DNA of 63,986 nucleotides, counting the filler, from Octopus bimaculoides (lineage: Eukaryota), in assembly GCF_001194135.2 (NCBI RefSeq). It is 6 parts of 6 records of this genome, joined end to end, with 100 filler letters (N's around TTAATTAATTAA, not from the genome) between each part and the next. Parts side by side here need not be neighbours in the genome. Positions count along the whole stretch, not along the records: positions 9,888 to 28,910 come from NC_068998.1; 5 more parts are not named here. The stretch is one strand, 5' to 3'. Every line of letters begins with the position of its first letter. Positions within the stretch are counted from its first letter, which is position 1. A program made the position numbers and the translations under genes. The notes below the pieces were generated by a model. The model saw only the letters and a list, made by a program, of their open reading frames with translations, searched no databases and was not told where the DNA came from. This document shows, piece by piece, positions 12,527 through 26,165 of this stretch.

Positions 12527-13459
12527 GAACACAGAAACATACACTGTTACATTACGGAAAATATCATATAACTTAAAATTCATACAATGTTTATTAACAA
12601 CGCTAAAAATTGATGGAGCCTGCTGTACTTCTGACACCGCGGGTAGTCTTAAAAGAGAAGGAAAACAACCCNNNNNNNNNNNNNNNNNNNNNNNNNNNNN
12701 NNNNNNNNNNNNNNNNNNNNNNNNNNNNNNNNNNNNNNNNNNNNNNNNNNNNNNNNNNNNNNNNNNNNNNNNNNNNNNNNNNNNNNNNNNNNNNNNNNNN
12801 NNNNNNNNNNNNNNNNNNNNNNNNNNNNNNNNNNNNNNNNNNNNNNNNNNNNNNNNNNNNNNNNNNNNNNNNNNNNNNNNNNNNNNNNNNNNNNNNNNNN
12901 NNNNNNNNNNNNNNNNNNNNNNNNNNNNNNNNNNNNNNNNNNNNNNNNNNNNNNNNNNNNNNNNNNNNNNNNNNNNNNNNNNNNNNNNNNNNNNNNNNNN
13001 NNNNNNNNNNNNNNNNNNNNNNNNNNNNNNNNNNNNNNNNNNNNNNNNNNNNNNNNNNNNNNNNNNNNNNNNNNNNNNNNNNNNNNNNNNNNNNNNNNNN
13101 NNNNNNNNNNNNNNNNNNNNNNNNNNNNNNNNNNNNNNNNNNNNNNNNNNNNNNNNNNNNNNNNNNNNNNNNNNNNNNNNNNNNNNNNNNNNNNNNNNNN
13201 NNNNNNNNNNNNNNNNNNNNNNNNNNNNNNNNNNNNNNNNNNNNNNNNNNNNNNNNNNNNNNNNNNNNNNNNNNNNNNNNNNNNNNNNNNNNNNNNNNNN
13301 NNNNNNNNNNNNNNNNNNNNNNNNNNNNNNNNNNNNNNNNNNNNNNNNNNNNNNNNNNNNNNNNNNNNNNNNNNNNNNNNNNNNNNNNNNNNNNNNNNNN
13401 NNNNNNNNNNNNNNNNNNNNNNNNNNNNNNNNNNNNNNNNNNNNNNNNNNNNNNNNNNN

Positions 13460-13525
<66 letters not shown>

Positions 13526-13534
13526 TGTATTGTA

Positions 13535-13718
13535 TTGGTTTCAAATTTCGGCATATGTCCAGCAATTTCAGGAGAGAAGTAAGTCGATTATGTCTACCCC
13601 AGTGCTCAACTGGGAAATTATTTTATCGTTTCCTAAAAGGTGAAATACAAAAAACGACCTTGGCGGAATTTGAGCCCAGAACGTAAACATGGACAAAATG
13701 CCGCTAACGATTCTGCCA
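13535..13718 (-). mobile_element. SINE family C, decayed
   Basis: Reverse complement of family C head and body. Confidence 0.7.
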
Positions 13719-13784
13719 AAACTGGAACTGTAAAAATCAGTAAAACCTTCCAGAAGTTTATCATTTAAATATATATGACTGTGT

Positions 13785-14225
13785 CAAGATATGCAACTTA
13801 TGCATGAGAGTATGAACATAAAATAAAACATACAAATCTGCACATATACATACATAAATACATACATACATACAAAAACACCCCGTTGTTGATGTTGAAA
13901 TTTGAATGAAGGAGGCTTGGATCTAGGTTAGACAATGGCTCTTTATTGGCAAGAAATCTTGAAACTGAACAATGACATACATACATACACACATATACAG
14001 ATGTCTAGATATGCAACTATATGCATGAGAATGCATACATAAACAAAATACACGAATTTACTCATGCACTGACTTGCAATACTGCACATATACACACATA
14101 GATGCAAAAATACTCTGTTGGTGTTGTTGAAATAGCAATGAAGGAGTCTTAGGTCTGGGTTAGAAACCAGCGCTTTTTCTATTGACAATAAATCTTGAAA
14201 TAAAACTGAATTATAACATACATGC
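13785..14225 (+). repeat. Tandem dimer of an unclassified interspersed repeat (family E, about 220 bp)
   Basis: Two copies of ATATGCAAC..GCATGAGA...GTTGAAAT...GAAGGAG..TTGG..TCT.GGTTAGA; third copy at 62960-63200, partial at 28770-28850. Confidence 0.75.
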
Positions 14226-14237
14226 ATACATGTCAAG

Positions 14238-14421
14238 CTTGTATTTCGAAGGGCCAGCCTTGTCACATTATGTGTCACGCTGAAACTCCCTGAGAACTAC
14301 ATTAAGGGTACACGTGTCTGTGGAGTGCTCAGCCACTTGCACGTTAACTTTTCACAAGCAGGCTGTTCCTCCGTTGATCGGATCAACTGCAACACTTGTC
14401 GTCGTAACGGACAGGGTGGCA
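14238..14421 (+). mobile_element. SINE family B, 3' module
   Basis: GCCAGCCTTGTCAC...GTGGAGTGCTCAGCCACTTGCACG...GATCGGATCAAC. Confidence 0.85.
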
Positions 14422-14753
14422 CACACACACACACACACACACACNNNNNNNNNNNNNNNNNNNNNNNNNNNNNNNNNNNNNNNNNNNNNNNNNNNNNNNN
14501 NNNNNNNNNNNNNNNNNNNNNNNNNNNNNNNNNNNNNNNNNNNNNNNNNNNNNNNNNNNNNNNNNNNNNNNNNNNNNNNNNNNNNNNNNNNNNNNNNNNN
14601 NNNNNNNNNNNNNNNNNNNNNNNNNNNNNNNNNNNNNNNNNNNNNNNNNNNNNNNNNNNNNNNNNNNNNNNNNNNNNNNNNNNNNNNNNNNNNNNNNNNN
14701 NNNNNNNNNNNNNNNNNNNNNNNNNNNNNNNNNNNNNNNNNNNNNNNNNNNNN

Positions 14754-15099
14754 CCAATTGATCCGATCAACGGAACAGCCTGCTCGTGAAATTAACGTGC
14801 AAGTGGCTGAGCACTCCACAGACACGTGTACCTTTAACGTAATTCTCGGGGATATTCAGCGTGACACAGTGTGACAAGGCTGACCCTTTGAATTACAGGC
14901 ATAGCAGAAACAGGAAGTAAGAGTGAGAGAAAGTTGTGGTGAAAGAGTACAGCAGGGTTCGCCACCATCCCCTGCTGGAGCCTCGTGGACCTTTAGGTGT
15001 TTTCCCTCAATAAACACTCACAACGCCCGGTCTGGGAATCGAAACCGTGATCCTATGACCACGAGTTCATTGCCCTAACCACTGGGCCATTGCGCCTCC
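14754..15099 (-). mobile_element. SINE family B, near full length
   Basis: Minus-strand tRNA head GGAGGCGCAATGGCCCAGTGGTTAGGGC...GGTTTCGATTCCC plus body. Confidence 0.92.
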
Positions 15100-15729
15100 A
15101 CATATATTATATATGCTCACGTATATACGCACATACATACATAATTAGTAATTGCAGTGTGTTAAGTGCTTCCGTATGAGTAGGGGTGTTAACATTTTCA
15201 GTTTAAAATTTGATTCTAACATTGCTATACTTTGTTCTATTGAGTGGTTTTCCAGAAAGTCTAGATGTTTGGCTTGAAACTATGGAACTGTGGGAAACAT
15301 GCAAGGGATCTCTGCTTTAGATTTTATGCCATAACTTGCAGTCTCAAGTTTAAACACGTTCTTTGAAGACTATTGTCTGTTTTTACCATTCATTACCCAG
15401 GTGATTTTGTTCCGGGTAGCTACTTATATACGTTTGGAAGGTTTTTGCTTACTTTCATCTTTCTATTATTAAGCCGTTTTGTTCCGGGTATATGAGTCAA
15501 CGAGCGTTCTTCCCTGTAACAGATACTCTTGCTTTTTTTGTTTGTTTTTGTAAGATGATAGGAGAGTGTTGTTGTTTTTAAGGGTTAGTCGTGAGAGTTT
15601 CGTAAATGTACAGACTGTGTTTTTAATCATAATAATCACGCCTTTTGTTATAGCGAGTGAGTAACCGTTTGTTCATTGAAACCGTCCTCCTTTTTCTTAG
15701 GGAGTATCTGCAGTGATAGAACTAGCTCG

Positions 15730-16195
15730 GTCCTACGTGTCTGCACACACACACGCGCACGCACGCACGCACACACACACACACACACGTACGTACACAC
15801 AAACATGCTCACACACACACACATACAAAACACACGCATACATACACACACACACACATACAAAACACATTCCCACACGCCCAAACACGCGCGCACACAC
15901 ACACATACAAACTCACACACACGCACGTACGTACACATACACACAAACATATCCACACACGCACACATACAAACCACACACGCACGCATACATACACACA
16001 CACATCCCTACAAAACACACACGCACGCGCGCACACACACAAACTCACACACGTACACACACACACGCATACACACACAAACATACACACATGTACAAAA
16101 CGCACTCCCACACAAACACACACACAAACATACATGCACACACACACACAAACATACATGCACACACACACACACACACACATATACATACAGGA
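15730..16195. repeat. Degenerate (CA)-rich microsatellite field
   Basis: Direct. Confidence 0.95.
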
Positions 16196-16459
16196 TTAAT
16201 GATCACTTTTTAAAAATACAATACGTGTCCGAAACCTTAAACACTCCCCCCCTCCGTGTCGAGAAGAGGTAGGAATGAGAGTCACAAATAGAGAGAGAGA
16301 AAAAAAAGAGAGAAAGGGAGACCGAGACAGAGAGAAGTGGATGTGAGGGTGACAAAGCGGGAATGAGAAACAGAGATAGATAGCTAGATAGACAGATACA
16401 TATGTGGTGAAGCAACTGTTGCTGATCCCTTAATTTTGTTTATAGACAAATACATAGAC

Positions 16460-16498
<39 letters not shown>

Positions 16499-16499
16499 A

Positions 16500-16542
<43 letters not shown>

Positions 16543-16743
16543 AAGTGACAGACAGACAAAGTGAGAGAGAGATAGATAGACAGATGGGTGGAGGTGATTT
16601 TGCAGCATGTTTTAAAAAAGTAGAGAATTTCTGGGCATAAGACATGGCTTCAAATTTTTATCAGGTAGATCGATCACGAAGGGAAGCTCATCATTTATTT
16701 AGTTCTATAGGCATATCTTTCTTTGTTAATGCTCAGTAACATT

Positions 16744-17162
16744 GAGGCGACGAGCTGGCAGAAACGTTAGCACGCCGGGCGAAATGCTTTGCAATATTTC
16801 GTCTGCCGCTACGTTCTGAGTTCAAATTCCACCGAGGTCGACTTTGCCTTTCATTCTTTCGGGTTCGATTAAATAAGTACCAGTTGCGCACTGGGGTCGA
16901 TATAATCGACTTAATCCGTTTGTCTGTCCTTGTTTGTCCCCTCTGTGTGTAGCCCCTTGCGGGCAGTAAAGAAATAAGAAACGTTAGCACGCCGGGCGAA
17001 ATGCTTAGCCATAATTCGTCTACCTGAGTTCAAATTCCGCCGAGATTGACTTTGCTTTTCATCCTTTCGGGGTCGATAAATTAAGTACCAGTTGGGTACT
17101 GCTATCGATCTAACCGACTGGCCCCTCCCACAAAATTTCGGGCCTTGTGCCTAGAGTAGAAA
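16744..17162 (+). mobile_element. Two tandem SINE family C copies
   Basis: GAGGCGACGAGCTGGCAGAAACGTTAGCACGCCGGGCGAAATGC...GTTCAAATTCC; second copy begins about 16978. Confidence 0.9.
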
Positions 17163-18384
17163 ATAATGCTTAGTAGCTTCACATTACCAGAACACATCAA
17201 GGCGTAGGAGAGACACTGGTGTAAAGAAGCTAAGTTGAACTCTTCATTCGGTCAAGTGTCTAGGAAATTACGTTTTAACCTAAAAACAACAGGGTTAAGA
17301 ACCTTTCGTAGTTGAACATGTTAACAACTTGGCTGAGGTTAGATTGTCATGTGTTCAGCTAAGCGTGAAAAAAAGTCATTATACATAGCAAATATGTAAC
17401 AAAGGTGAGAGGGAATGTAAATGATAATTTGAAATTTCATGCTATATCCCAGTCAATGTTGTAAGTTATAATGGCTCAGAATATACATACATACATGAGA
17501 ATACATAAATAAAGCATACAAATTTGCACATATACATACATACATACATAGCCGGCAAGATAAATCATGATACATACAAATGTATACACATACATATACA
17601 CCTATACACTTATAAATTCACACTCATAGATATACATACATACATACATACTTATAAATTCACACACACACACATACATATATATTTTTATATTAATATA
17701 TCGGTGTGAGTGTACACATGCTCATAAATACACATATATGTACACACACACACACACACACGTTTTCTTTGCTTGGGTATATCCGACGTTTTCCATTTAT
17801 TTTCTGTCTTTCAATTTTACTTTTACTCACTGCTCTAATTAATTCGAAATTATTTATAGAACAGTGAAAAATGCTTCGTTTGAATCAGCGTTTCCCAATC
17901 ACTGTTATCTCACGCCCGACTTTGATTTCCTAACAATAAACCCCACCATGAACAGACAAAGATAGTATATATATATAAACACACACACACATTTAAAAGT
18001 TTTAATTAAAACCTTATCGCAACTTTCGTCTACTACCCGTTACTCACGCCCTCACCTGAAGTAACTTCACCCCCGAAATTTTGCCACGAGCCACCTCCAA
18101 AAATATCGGCTGACATAAATTATCCTGATACATATATGCGATTCTATCTATTGAAGAAAAGGAGCATCAGGCCACACACACACAGAGTTTATTTTAACGA
18201 GATACTTCTTGAGGAGATATATTTACACCGAAGGATACACCTAAACCAGATGTCCAGTATCCCACCCATGAGGGATCGACTTTAGATGGGTCGAAGCAAT
18301 TGTAGTGACTCTCGTATCTTATATATATATATATATGCGTATAAATACGTATACAGGTATAGAAAACTTTTGCCTTCAGCCGTC

Positions 18385-18915
18385 TGTTACTGCTCTTGGG
18401 TGTGTGAAATCAATAAGCGGAACTGGAATCAATCTAACAATGTTATAGCATGATCGTTTCAATGAAACAATTACGCCTCAACTTCCCAGAGCGAAGACGG
18501 GAAAGAGATGCAGTGAAATACATATGGAAGATCCCGGAGAGACCAGCACCAAACTTTAGTATCGAAAGGTATACCAAACATCCAACAGGATACCGCTGCA
18601 CTGTGCCAAAGGCCCCAACTACTACTTCAAGAGTAAGGGCCAACTACTGCAATAGCCTGGAATTTAGAGCCCACAGCTATTTGATATTTTGCGAAAAAAA
18701 AATCTATATGGAGTTGGGGTAGATCTTTTCAAGAGGCACTTTGACCTGGTGCTTTCCAAGATCCCAAATGAATCTACATCAAGAGAAGAAACTCAAATGA
18801 GGGCAGCTGTAATAGATTCCTTCATTCATAAAAAGTCAAACACATGAGAGTAATCATTGAACAGGCAATGACAACGGTGGTGCCAAACATGACCAGTCTT
18901 GGACTGGAATAAAAG
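18385..18915 (+). mobile_element. CR1-group LINE 3' fragment
   Basis: ERRRERDAVKYIWKI...PNFSIE...KIPNE...NS.I matches the LERRRERY..IY.WKI terminus of CR1-group RT ORFs. Confidence 0.8.
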
Positions 18916-18918
18916 AAC

Positions 18919-18992
<74 letters not shown>

Positions 18993-19159
18993 CGTTTTAT
19001 GTCAAGTTATATATATAAAAAAAACCAACTTAGCATTAACTGATAAACACACACATGCACAAATACATACAAGAAAAACAAGATTTTTAAAATTCTCCAT
19101 GTTGAGAAAAAGTACGTGTTTTTTAAGATTGTCACGGATAATTTTCAACAATATATGAA

Positions 19160-19190
<31 letters not shown>

Positions 19191-19514
19191 GTTATACATA
19201 TATATTTTCTGTGTATATATATATATATATATATATGTGTGTTTGTATGTATATATATATAAATATATATACATATGTATATATATATATAAACACACAT
19301 ATATACATATATACACATATACATGCACATACACATATATGTGTGTCTGTATGCGTGTGTTCCCGTACACATATATACAGCATACACAAGCACGTATATA
19401 TATATCTATGTAGTATGTATGCGGTATATTGCAATTTGATATATAAGTCAGCAAAAACATCAACATTTAAAGTGTTTGAGCATAATAGAGCGGAAACTTA
19501 ACTAATTTGTTTAT

Positions 19515-19555
<41 letters not shown>

Positions 19556-20530
19556 NNNNNNNNNNNNNNNNNNNNNNNNNNNNNNNNNNNNNNNNNNNNN
19601 NNNNNNNNNNNNNNNNNNNNNNNNNNNNNNNNNNNNNNNNNNNNNNNNNNNNNNTATATATATGTTCATTTTATTTAATTTTCTTCTGAGAATATCTTAT
19701 TTATATATATATATAGTTTTTTGTTTATGTATTATATTTTTGTTCTAAGCTTGCTGGGTTTCTGTTTTTTAATATAAACATAACCGTACAGGCTTTGGTG
19801 TGTGGTTAAGAACTTACTGTATGTTAAAAGGTCATTAATATTATATATGAGTATGAGTGTTTGCCGTGACGCATTGAACCGTAGGGGCAACAATAGCGTT
19901 ATCATGACTGAAAGCCGTCGGTTCTGAGTTCAATCTCACAAAACTTTACCTTGAGCATCTGTCGTCCATTGCAACTTCACTATGAAAGATTACAGATGCC
20001 CCAAGTATGAGCGTTTGTATATATACATGTATGTGTGTATGTGTGCGTGTATGCACTTCGATGCTGAAGAGAAGATAACTGCTTAGAAATGTATGCAAAT
20101 GGTGCTCTAGTCTGGCCTGGTGTCTCTATACATTTTTATCTACAGTGAGAATTTTTCTCCAAAGCAAAATGTAGTGAATGGCCTTCTTATGGGTTCGAAT
20201 ATATCCCAGACATATTTGGACTGGTAACAAGTTTATACGTTTTGTGTGGCAAAACGCTGCTCCACTAAAGGGAAACCTTATCTGTCATTGTGGTTTTGTG
20301 GCACCGAAGCATAGCAGGCCTCAAGAGACACATTCTTGTCCACAGAATATGATTAACACTTCAATTTACTGAACTTTCATCCGTCATTCACGACAAGAGA
20401 ATCCATCATCATCATCACGTACATATATATAAATATATATANNNNNNNNNNNNNNNNNNNNNNNNNNNNNNNNNNNNNNNNNNNNNNNNNNNNNNNNNNN
20501 NNNNNNNNNNNNNNNNNNNNNNNNNNNNNN

Positions 20531-20852
20531 CCACTGCGTGGCACCTTGGGCAAGTGTCTTCCACTATAGCCTCGGGCCGACCAAAGCCTTGTGAGTGGAT
20601 TTAGTAGACGGAAACTGAAAGAAGCCCGTCGTATATATGTATATATATATATATGTGTTTGTGTGTCTGTGTTTGTCCACCCACCGTCGCTTGACAACCG
20701 ATGCTGGTATGTTTATGTCCCCGTAACTTAGCGGTTCGGCAAAAAGAGACCGATAGAATAAGTACTAGGCTTACAAAGAATAAGTCCTGGGGTCGATTTG
20801 CTCGACTAAAGGCGGTGCTCCAGCATGGCCGCAGTAAAAGAGTAAAAGAGTA
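20531..20852 (+). mobile_element. SINE family A, young copy (head in gap)
   Basis: CCACTGCGTGGCACCTTGGGCAAG...GGCGGTGCTCCAGCATGGCCGCAG. Confidence 0.92.
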
Positions 20853-20854
20853 TA

Positions 20855-20890
<36 letters not shown>

Positions 20891-20946
20891 TATGTATATA
20901 TATATATAGTATATATTCTATATACACACACATACACATATACAGC

Positions 20947-21001
<55 letters not shown>

Positions 21002-21059
21002 AGAGATGCATACATAAATACTTATTTTTATGTATGTGTATGTATGTATGTATGTATAT

Positions 21060-21107
<48 letters not shown>

Positions 21108-22462
21108 TACGCATGGATATAATTTTCTATAAGTATAATTGCAGGCTTGCGTGGTCTTTCAATCCACACCTTTTGTCACGTTATTTTCCCCACTTTGCCT
21201 TCGTTCTCTTCCCTTTTCTTCATAATTGTTTAACCTGTCGTCGTCACGCGAACTTTACTTTGTTGTTGGTCGACGTATTCTACCTCTCTACCTACTGATC
21301 CTCCTTCTCCTGCTCACGGTTTTTTAAACTTGCCACCACAAATGTATCGTATCACAGTTTCGTTGCTTGAGAAATATATCTATCAACCAGCGTGTTCAAC
21401 GGTTATACCCTACGCCTTTTTGATCTCGTCTCCTTCACTTATCACCTTATTGTTAAATCTTTCGTACTTGAAGACAACCTCTGATCACCATATCAATATC
21501 CTAACTCCATTCCTAACACATAATTTCTCCCATTCTCACACGAAGAATTTAAGAGACAAAACATAGTTTACAATCTTCAGAGATGATACACTTAACTAAT
21601 CTTCCAAATATTTTTCTTGAGACAGACCAACATCATTTTCATTGGACTTAATCTTTATTAAATATCATATTAATTCAAAGGTATTTTAATGATTTGAAAA
21701 ATTATTATCGAATTATCGACTTTTTACTACCGTGGCTAATATCAAGTAATCGGTTTTAAAACTAATATAGAAAGCTAAAGTATTAGTAACACACCACAGC
21801 CCGAGGCTATAGCAGAAGACACTTGCCCAAGATGTCACGTATATATATATNNNNNNNNNNTATACATATATATATATGTTGTATCTCACACAGAAGTATG
21901 TAGAACTCTAAAAAATTTCAGTACAATATTATTTGGGTCATATCTTTGAAAATGTTTATTGTTTTGTGTTCCAAATTTGTGTAATGTTTGCATGTATAAT
22001 ATATCTTATTCAATATAAATTTCGTTTAATTTCCTTCGATACTATCAATTTTAATGAAATTTTTTAGGGATGTACATACTTCTTTGAGATACGGTACATA
22101 TATACACTTTCTCTTTGAAATTTCCTGTTTCCGAAGAAGAGCTATGATCGAGACGTTAATAACAACTCTTTCCTTCCACCGAGCATCAAATTAATATACA
22201 TGAACATACACCTATACACAAAATTGCGTGTAAGAGATGAGGTCGCCGCGTTTTACGAGAGATTTTGACACCACATAGTACATTGGAGAGATATACGAAA
22301 AGTCAATGTAAATATTTTCGTGCTTAAATGACCTAGAATCACTCTTGCACGATGTCATTGTTTCACTTTAAATAAACGGTCTCACATAAACTCACTTGCT
22401 AAACAAGTACAACTCAGAAATCTACACATACGTAGATATGTACAGGTATGTCTGTGCGTGTA

Positions 22463-22517
<55 letters not shown>

Positions 22518-22902
22518 CTATATATAGATTTGCTCCAGCCATAAATTATAATGCTTATGTAGAGTGTGTTTTGTGATGGTTATTTTGATGACAAGAATTC
22601 ACAGTGGCAGAATAATTGCATAAGAAAACAACCTGGTCATAAAAAATTGAGCATACTCTGACATTTTAGGAGATTGTTTCCAAACAGGGTGTTGCCTACG
22701 AGGTAAACATTGTCTTTATTGTCAACCCAATGTTGTTTTGTATTCCTTTTACTATGGAAAACAACAACAGTAACAACAACAACAACGACAGTATTAATAT
22801 CAATATCAACAAGACTAGCAATGTAAGTAATATATTGCTTGTAATCCTAAGTTCGCATATAGGCATAATCTATAGTTATACCTGTCATAAATATACTTGC
22901 GT

Positions 22903-23174
22903 GAGTGCGCGTGACTTAGTGGCAAGGCGATTCGGCTTACGATCGTAGGGTCGTAGGTTCAATTCCCGGCGACGCGTTGTGTCCTTGAGCAACACACTTT
23001 ATTTCACGTTGCTCCAGTTTACTCAGTTGGTAAAACTGAGTAGTACCTGTATTTCAAAGGACCAGCCTTGTCACATTCTCTCACATGCTGAATCTCCCTC
23101 AGTACGACACTAAGGGTACGCGTGTCTTCGGAGTGATCAGCCACTTGCACGTTAATTTCACGAACAGTCTGTTA
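22903..23174 (+). mobile_element. SINE family B variant (short body)
   Basis: tRNA head, GTCCTTGAGCAACACACTTT core, shared B 3' module. Confidence 0.85.
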
Positions 23175-23470
23175 TATATATATNNNNNNNNNNNNNNNNN
23201 NNNNNNNNNNNNNNNNNNNNNNNNNNNNNNNNNNNNNNNNNNNNNNNNNNNNNNNNNNNNNNNNNNNNNNNNNNNNNNNNNNNNNNNNNNNNNNNNNNNN
23301 NNNNNNNNNNNNNNNNNNNNNNNNNNNNNNNNNNNNNNNNNNNNNNNNNNNNNNNNNNNNNNNNNNNNNNNNNNNNNNNNNNNNNNNNNNNNNNNNNNNN
23401 NNNNNNNNNNNNNNNNNNNNNNNNNNNNNNNNNAAAGGGGTTAGTATGATTGCGTATAGAAGAATATATT

Positions 23471-23895
23471 ATTGAAAGGAATTCCAACGGTCTGTTTTTT
23501 TATATTCTTATAATATTAATGTAGGATATAGAATATATAGTATATATATATAGTAAAATGAAATGAAGTATTGATTGTCTTATTGAACAGATGAAATGTT
23601 GAATATCAAATATTAAAGGACTGGTATACTTTCTTGCATTTAAGCAGTCTTCAAGGTCCCAGGTTGTGACAGGAATGTTTCAACTGTTGAAACATTTCTG
23701 TCAGAACTTGGGGCCTTGAAGACTGCTTAAATGCAAGAAAGTATAGTAGTTCTTTAATATTTAATATTCAATATTTCATCTATTCAATAAGACATTCAAT
23801 ACTTCATTTCATATTACTATATATACTATATCCTACATTAATATCATAAGAATATAAATAAAACATAAAAAACAGAGTTGGAATTCCTTTGAATT
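23471..23895. repeat. About 425-bp near-perfect palindrome (foldback element)
   Basis: Arms are reverse complements around a 1-nt centre at 23685 (GTTTCAAC-T-GTTGAAAC); 4 mismatches in the inner 56 bp. Confidence 0.92.
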
Positions 23896-23934
23896 ATATA
23901 TATATATATATATACATACATGTGTGTGTGTGTG

Positions 23935-24160
23935 TGTGTGTGCTGTCTAGCTGTCTGTGCTTGTTCCCCCACCACCGCTTGACAACTGATGTTGTGTTTA
24001 CGCTCTTGTAACTTAGCGGTTCGGCAAAAGAGGAACAGATAGAATAAGTACCAGGCTTTAAAAAAAGGCCTGCGGTGGATTGGTACAACTAAAATCTCTT
24101 CAAATCGGTGCCCCAGCATGGAAGCAGTCAAAATAACTGAGACAAGTAAAAGATAAAAGA
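23935..24160 (+). mobile_element. SINE family A, 3' half
   Basis: Shared body and tail. Confidence 0.8.
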
Positions 24161-24244
24161 TAACGATATAGATCATGCAGTTTAAGGTATTTTGCTGAGC
24201 ACGATTCCTCAGTCCTTGGAAAAATTGTCTTGAGGGGAGGGGAG

Positions 24245-24365
24245 TACGCTGATTATATCAAACCCAATATTCAACTGGTACTTACTTTGCCGACATCAAA
24301 AGGATGAAAAGCAGCAGAATTTGAACCCAGAAAATAAAGAGAAGGGGGCAAAATGCTGCTAAACA
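24245..24365 (-). mobile_element. SINE family C fragment
   Basis: AACTGGTACTTACTTT...GGATGAAAAGC...GAATTTGAAC. Confidence 0.65.
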
Positions 24366-25431
24366 CTTTTTCTGATATACTGATGAGTCTGGTAGTTCAC
24401 TTGTAATATTATTGGTTGAAATGTTCTTTTGATAGTCTTTGTTGGTGTGCAAGTAATCTATCAATGGCGGTCAAACCTTTGGTAGCCATCTTTGTTGATA
24501 TACTTAATTTTGCAAAATAGTAGCAAGAAAGGAAGATGAAAACTGCCAGTAAAGGAAATGGAAGAGGAGATAGTTAAAAAGGTTTAGGAAGCACTGCTAC
24601 ACTGTCTCTCTCGTCGTCTTAAGGAAACAGTCCGAGTAACCTTCTCCAACTATAGTTCTCATATTCGATTATAATGTCTTACGTTTAAGCTGGTTCTCAT
24701 ACTTTTCCCTGAGGAGAAGTTTACATTTTTAACATCGCCGATTCCTATGGATCGCATAAATTGTAATTCTTCGAAACATATGTCGGAATAAAAGTATGCA
24801 GTTATAATATGCGTTTACTCCATTCTTTAAATTTATATATACTCAAATACTCAAAATATCAAGGAGTTTCTACCTCATAAACAGGAGTTACACTACGGTT
24901 ATTTTGTGATCTTTGCTACCCCGGTATCTATTAACCAATTTATTTTATCCGAGTTATTTTTTACTTGGAGAAAATAAATACATATAATATAATATAATAT
25001 AATATAANNNNNNNNNNNNNNNNNNNNNNNNNNNNNNNNNNNNNNNNNNNNNNNNNNNNNNNNNNNNNNNNNNNNNNNNNNNNNNNNNNNNNNNNNNNNN
25101 NNNNNNNNNNNNNNNNNNNNNNNNNNNNNNNNNNNNNNNNNNNNNNNNNNNNNNNNNNNNNNNNNNNNNNNNNACAGGAATAGAGTCAGGCGATTGACGT
25201 GGTAATGAGAGGTTGTCTTCAAGTACGAAATATTTAACGATGTGTATGGTGTGTATGTTATAAATGTTTGTTTTCGTCTATTTATCTATTTAATTAGACA
25301 CACACACACAAACACGCGCGCGCGTGCGCAAACAAACACACACACACACACACACGCATGTATATATAAATATTCCTATGTATTTTTTTGCATTAAGCTT
25401 TCTTGCATCTGTTTCTGATTGTAATGCTTCG

Positions 25432-25506
<75 letters not shown>

Positions 25507-25614
25507 TTGTGAGTGTGTGTGTGTACATATATACATATATGTATGCATAGATATATATATATACACATATATATATATACATGTATATATACACGTATGT
25601 ATATATGTATACGC

Positions 25615-25653
<39 letters not shown>

Positions 25654-25734
25654 AACGTATGTAGACACATACACACAGTGAGTGTGTGTACTTAGGTATG
25701 TATGTATATGTATGCATATCTATCTATCTATCTA

Positions 25735-25777
<43 letters not shown>

Positions 25778-26165
25778 TCATACACATATGGGTGTGTATT
25801 TGTGAGTGAATAGTTGAATATAAATGTGTCGTATCTACTTATAAAAGTTGAATGCCCTTGTGTGTGTGTGTGTGTATGTGTGTGTGTGTGTGCGCGCGCC
25901 TCTAAGTGTGTGCGTCTCTGTGTTATGTGTGTTTTTGTTTGTGTGTGCGCGAACATATTTGTATATGTGCACATGTGAGTGTATAGATGCCTGTCTGTTT
26001 AATACTTACAGCGATGACACCTTGCTGGACAACTTTCGTTTTAATATTTTTGTTTCATTTTTCGTGTCGCTAGTTTGTTCATGATACAATTCTTTCTGCT
26101 TATTTTCTGTTCCATACATACATACATACATACAAACATACGTACTTACATACATACATTGTATT

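Noticed and set aside
15020-15099. Functional tRNA genes at SINE heads
   Set aside because: A and B boxes present but followed by SINE bodies and lacking proper acceptor stems.
15676-16272. His/Thr- or Val/Cys-rich ORFs here and at 34665, 52000 and elsewhere
   Set aside because: Translations of dinucleotide microsatellites.
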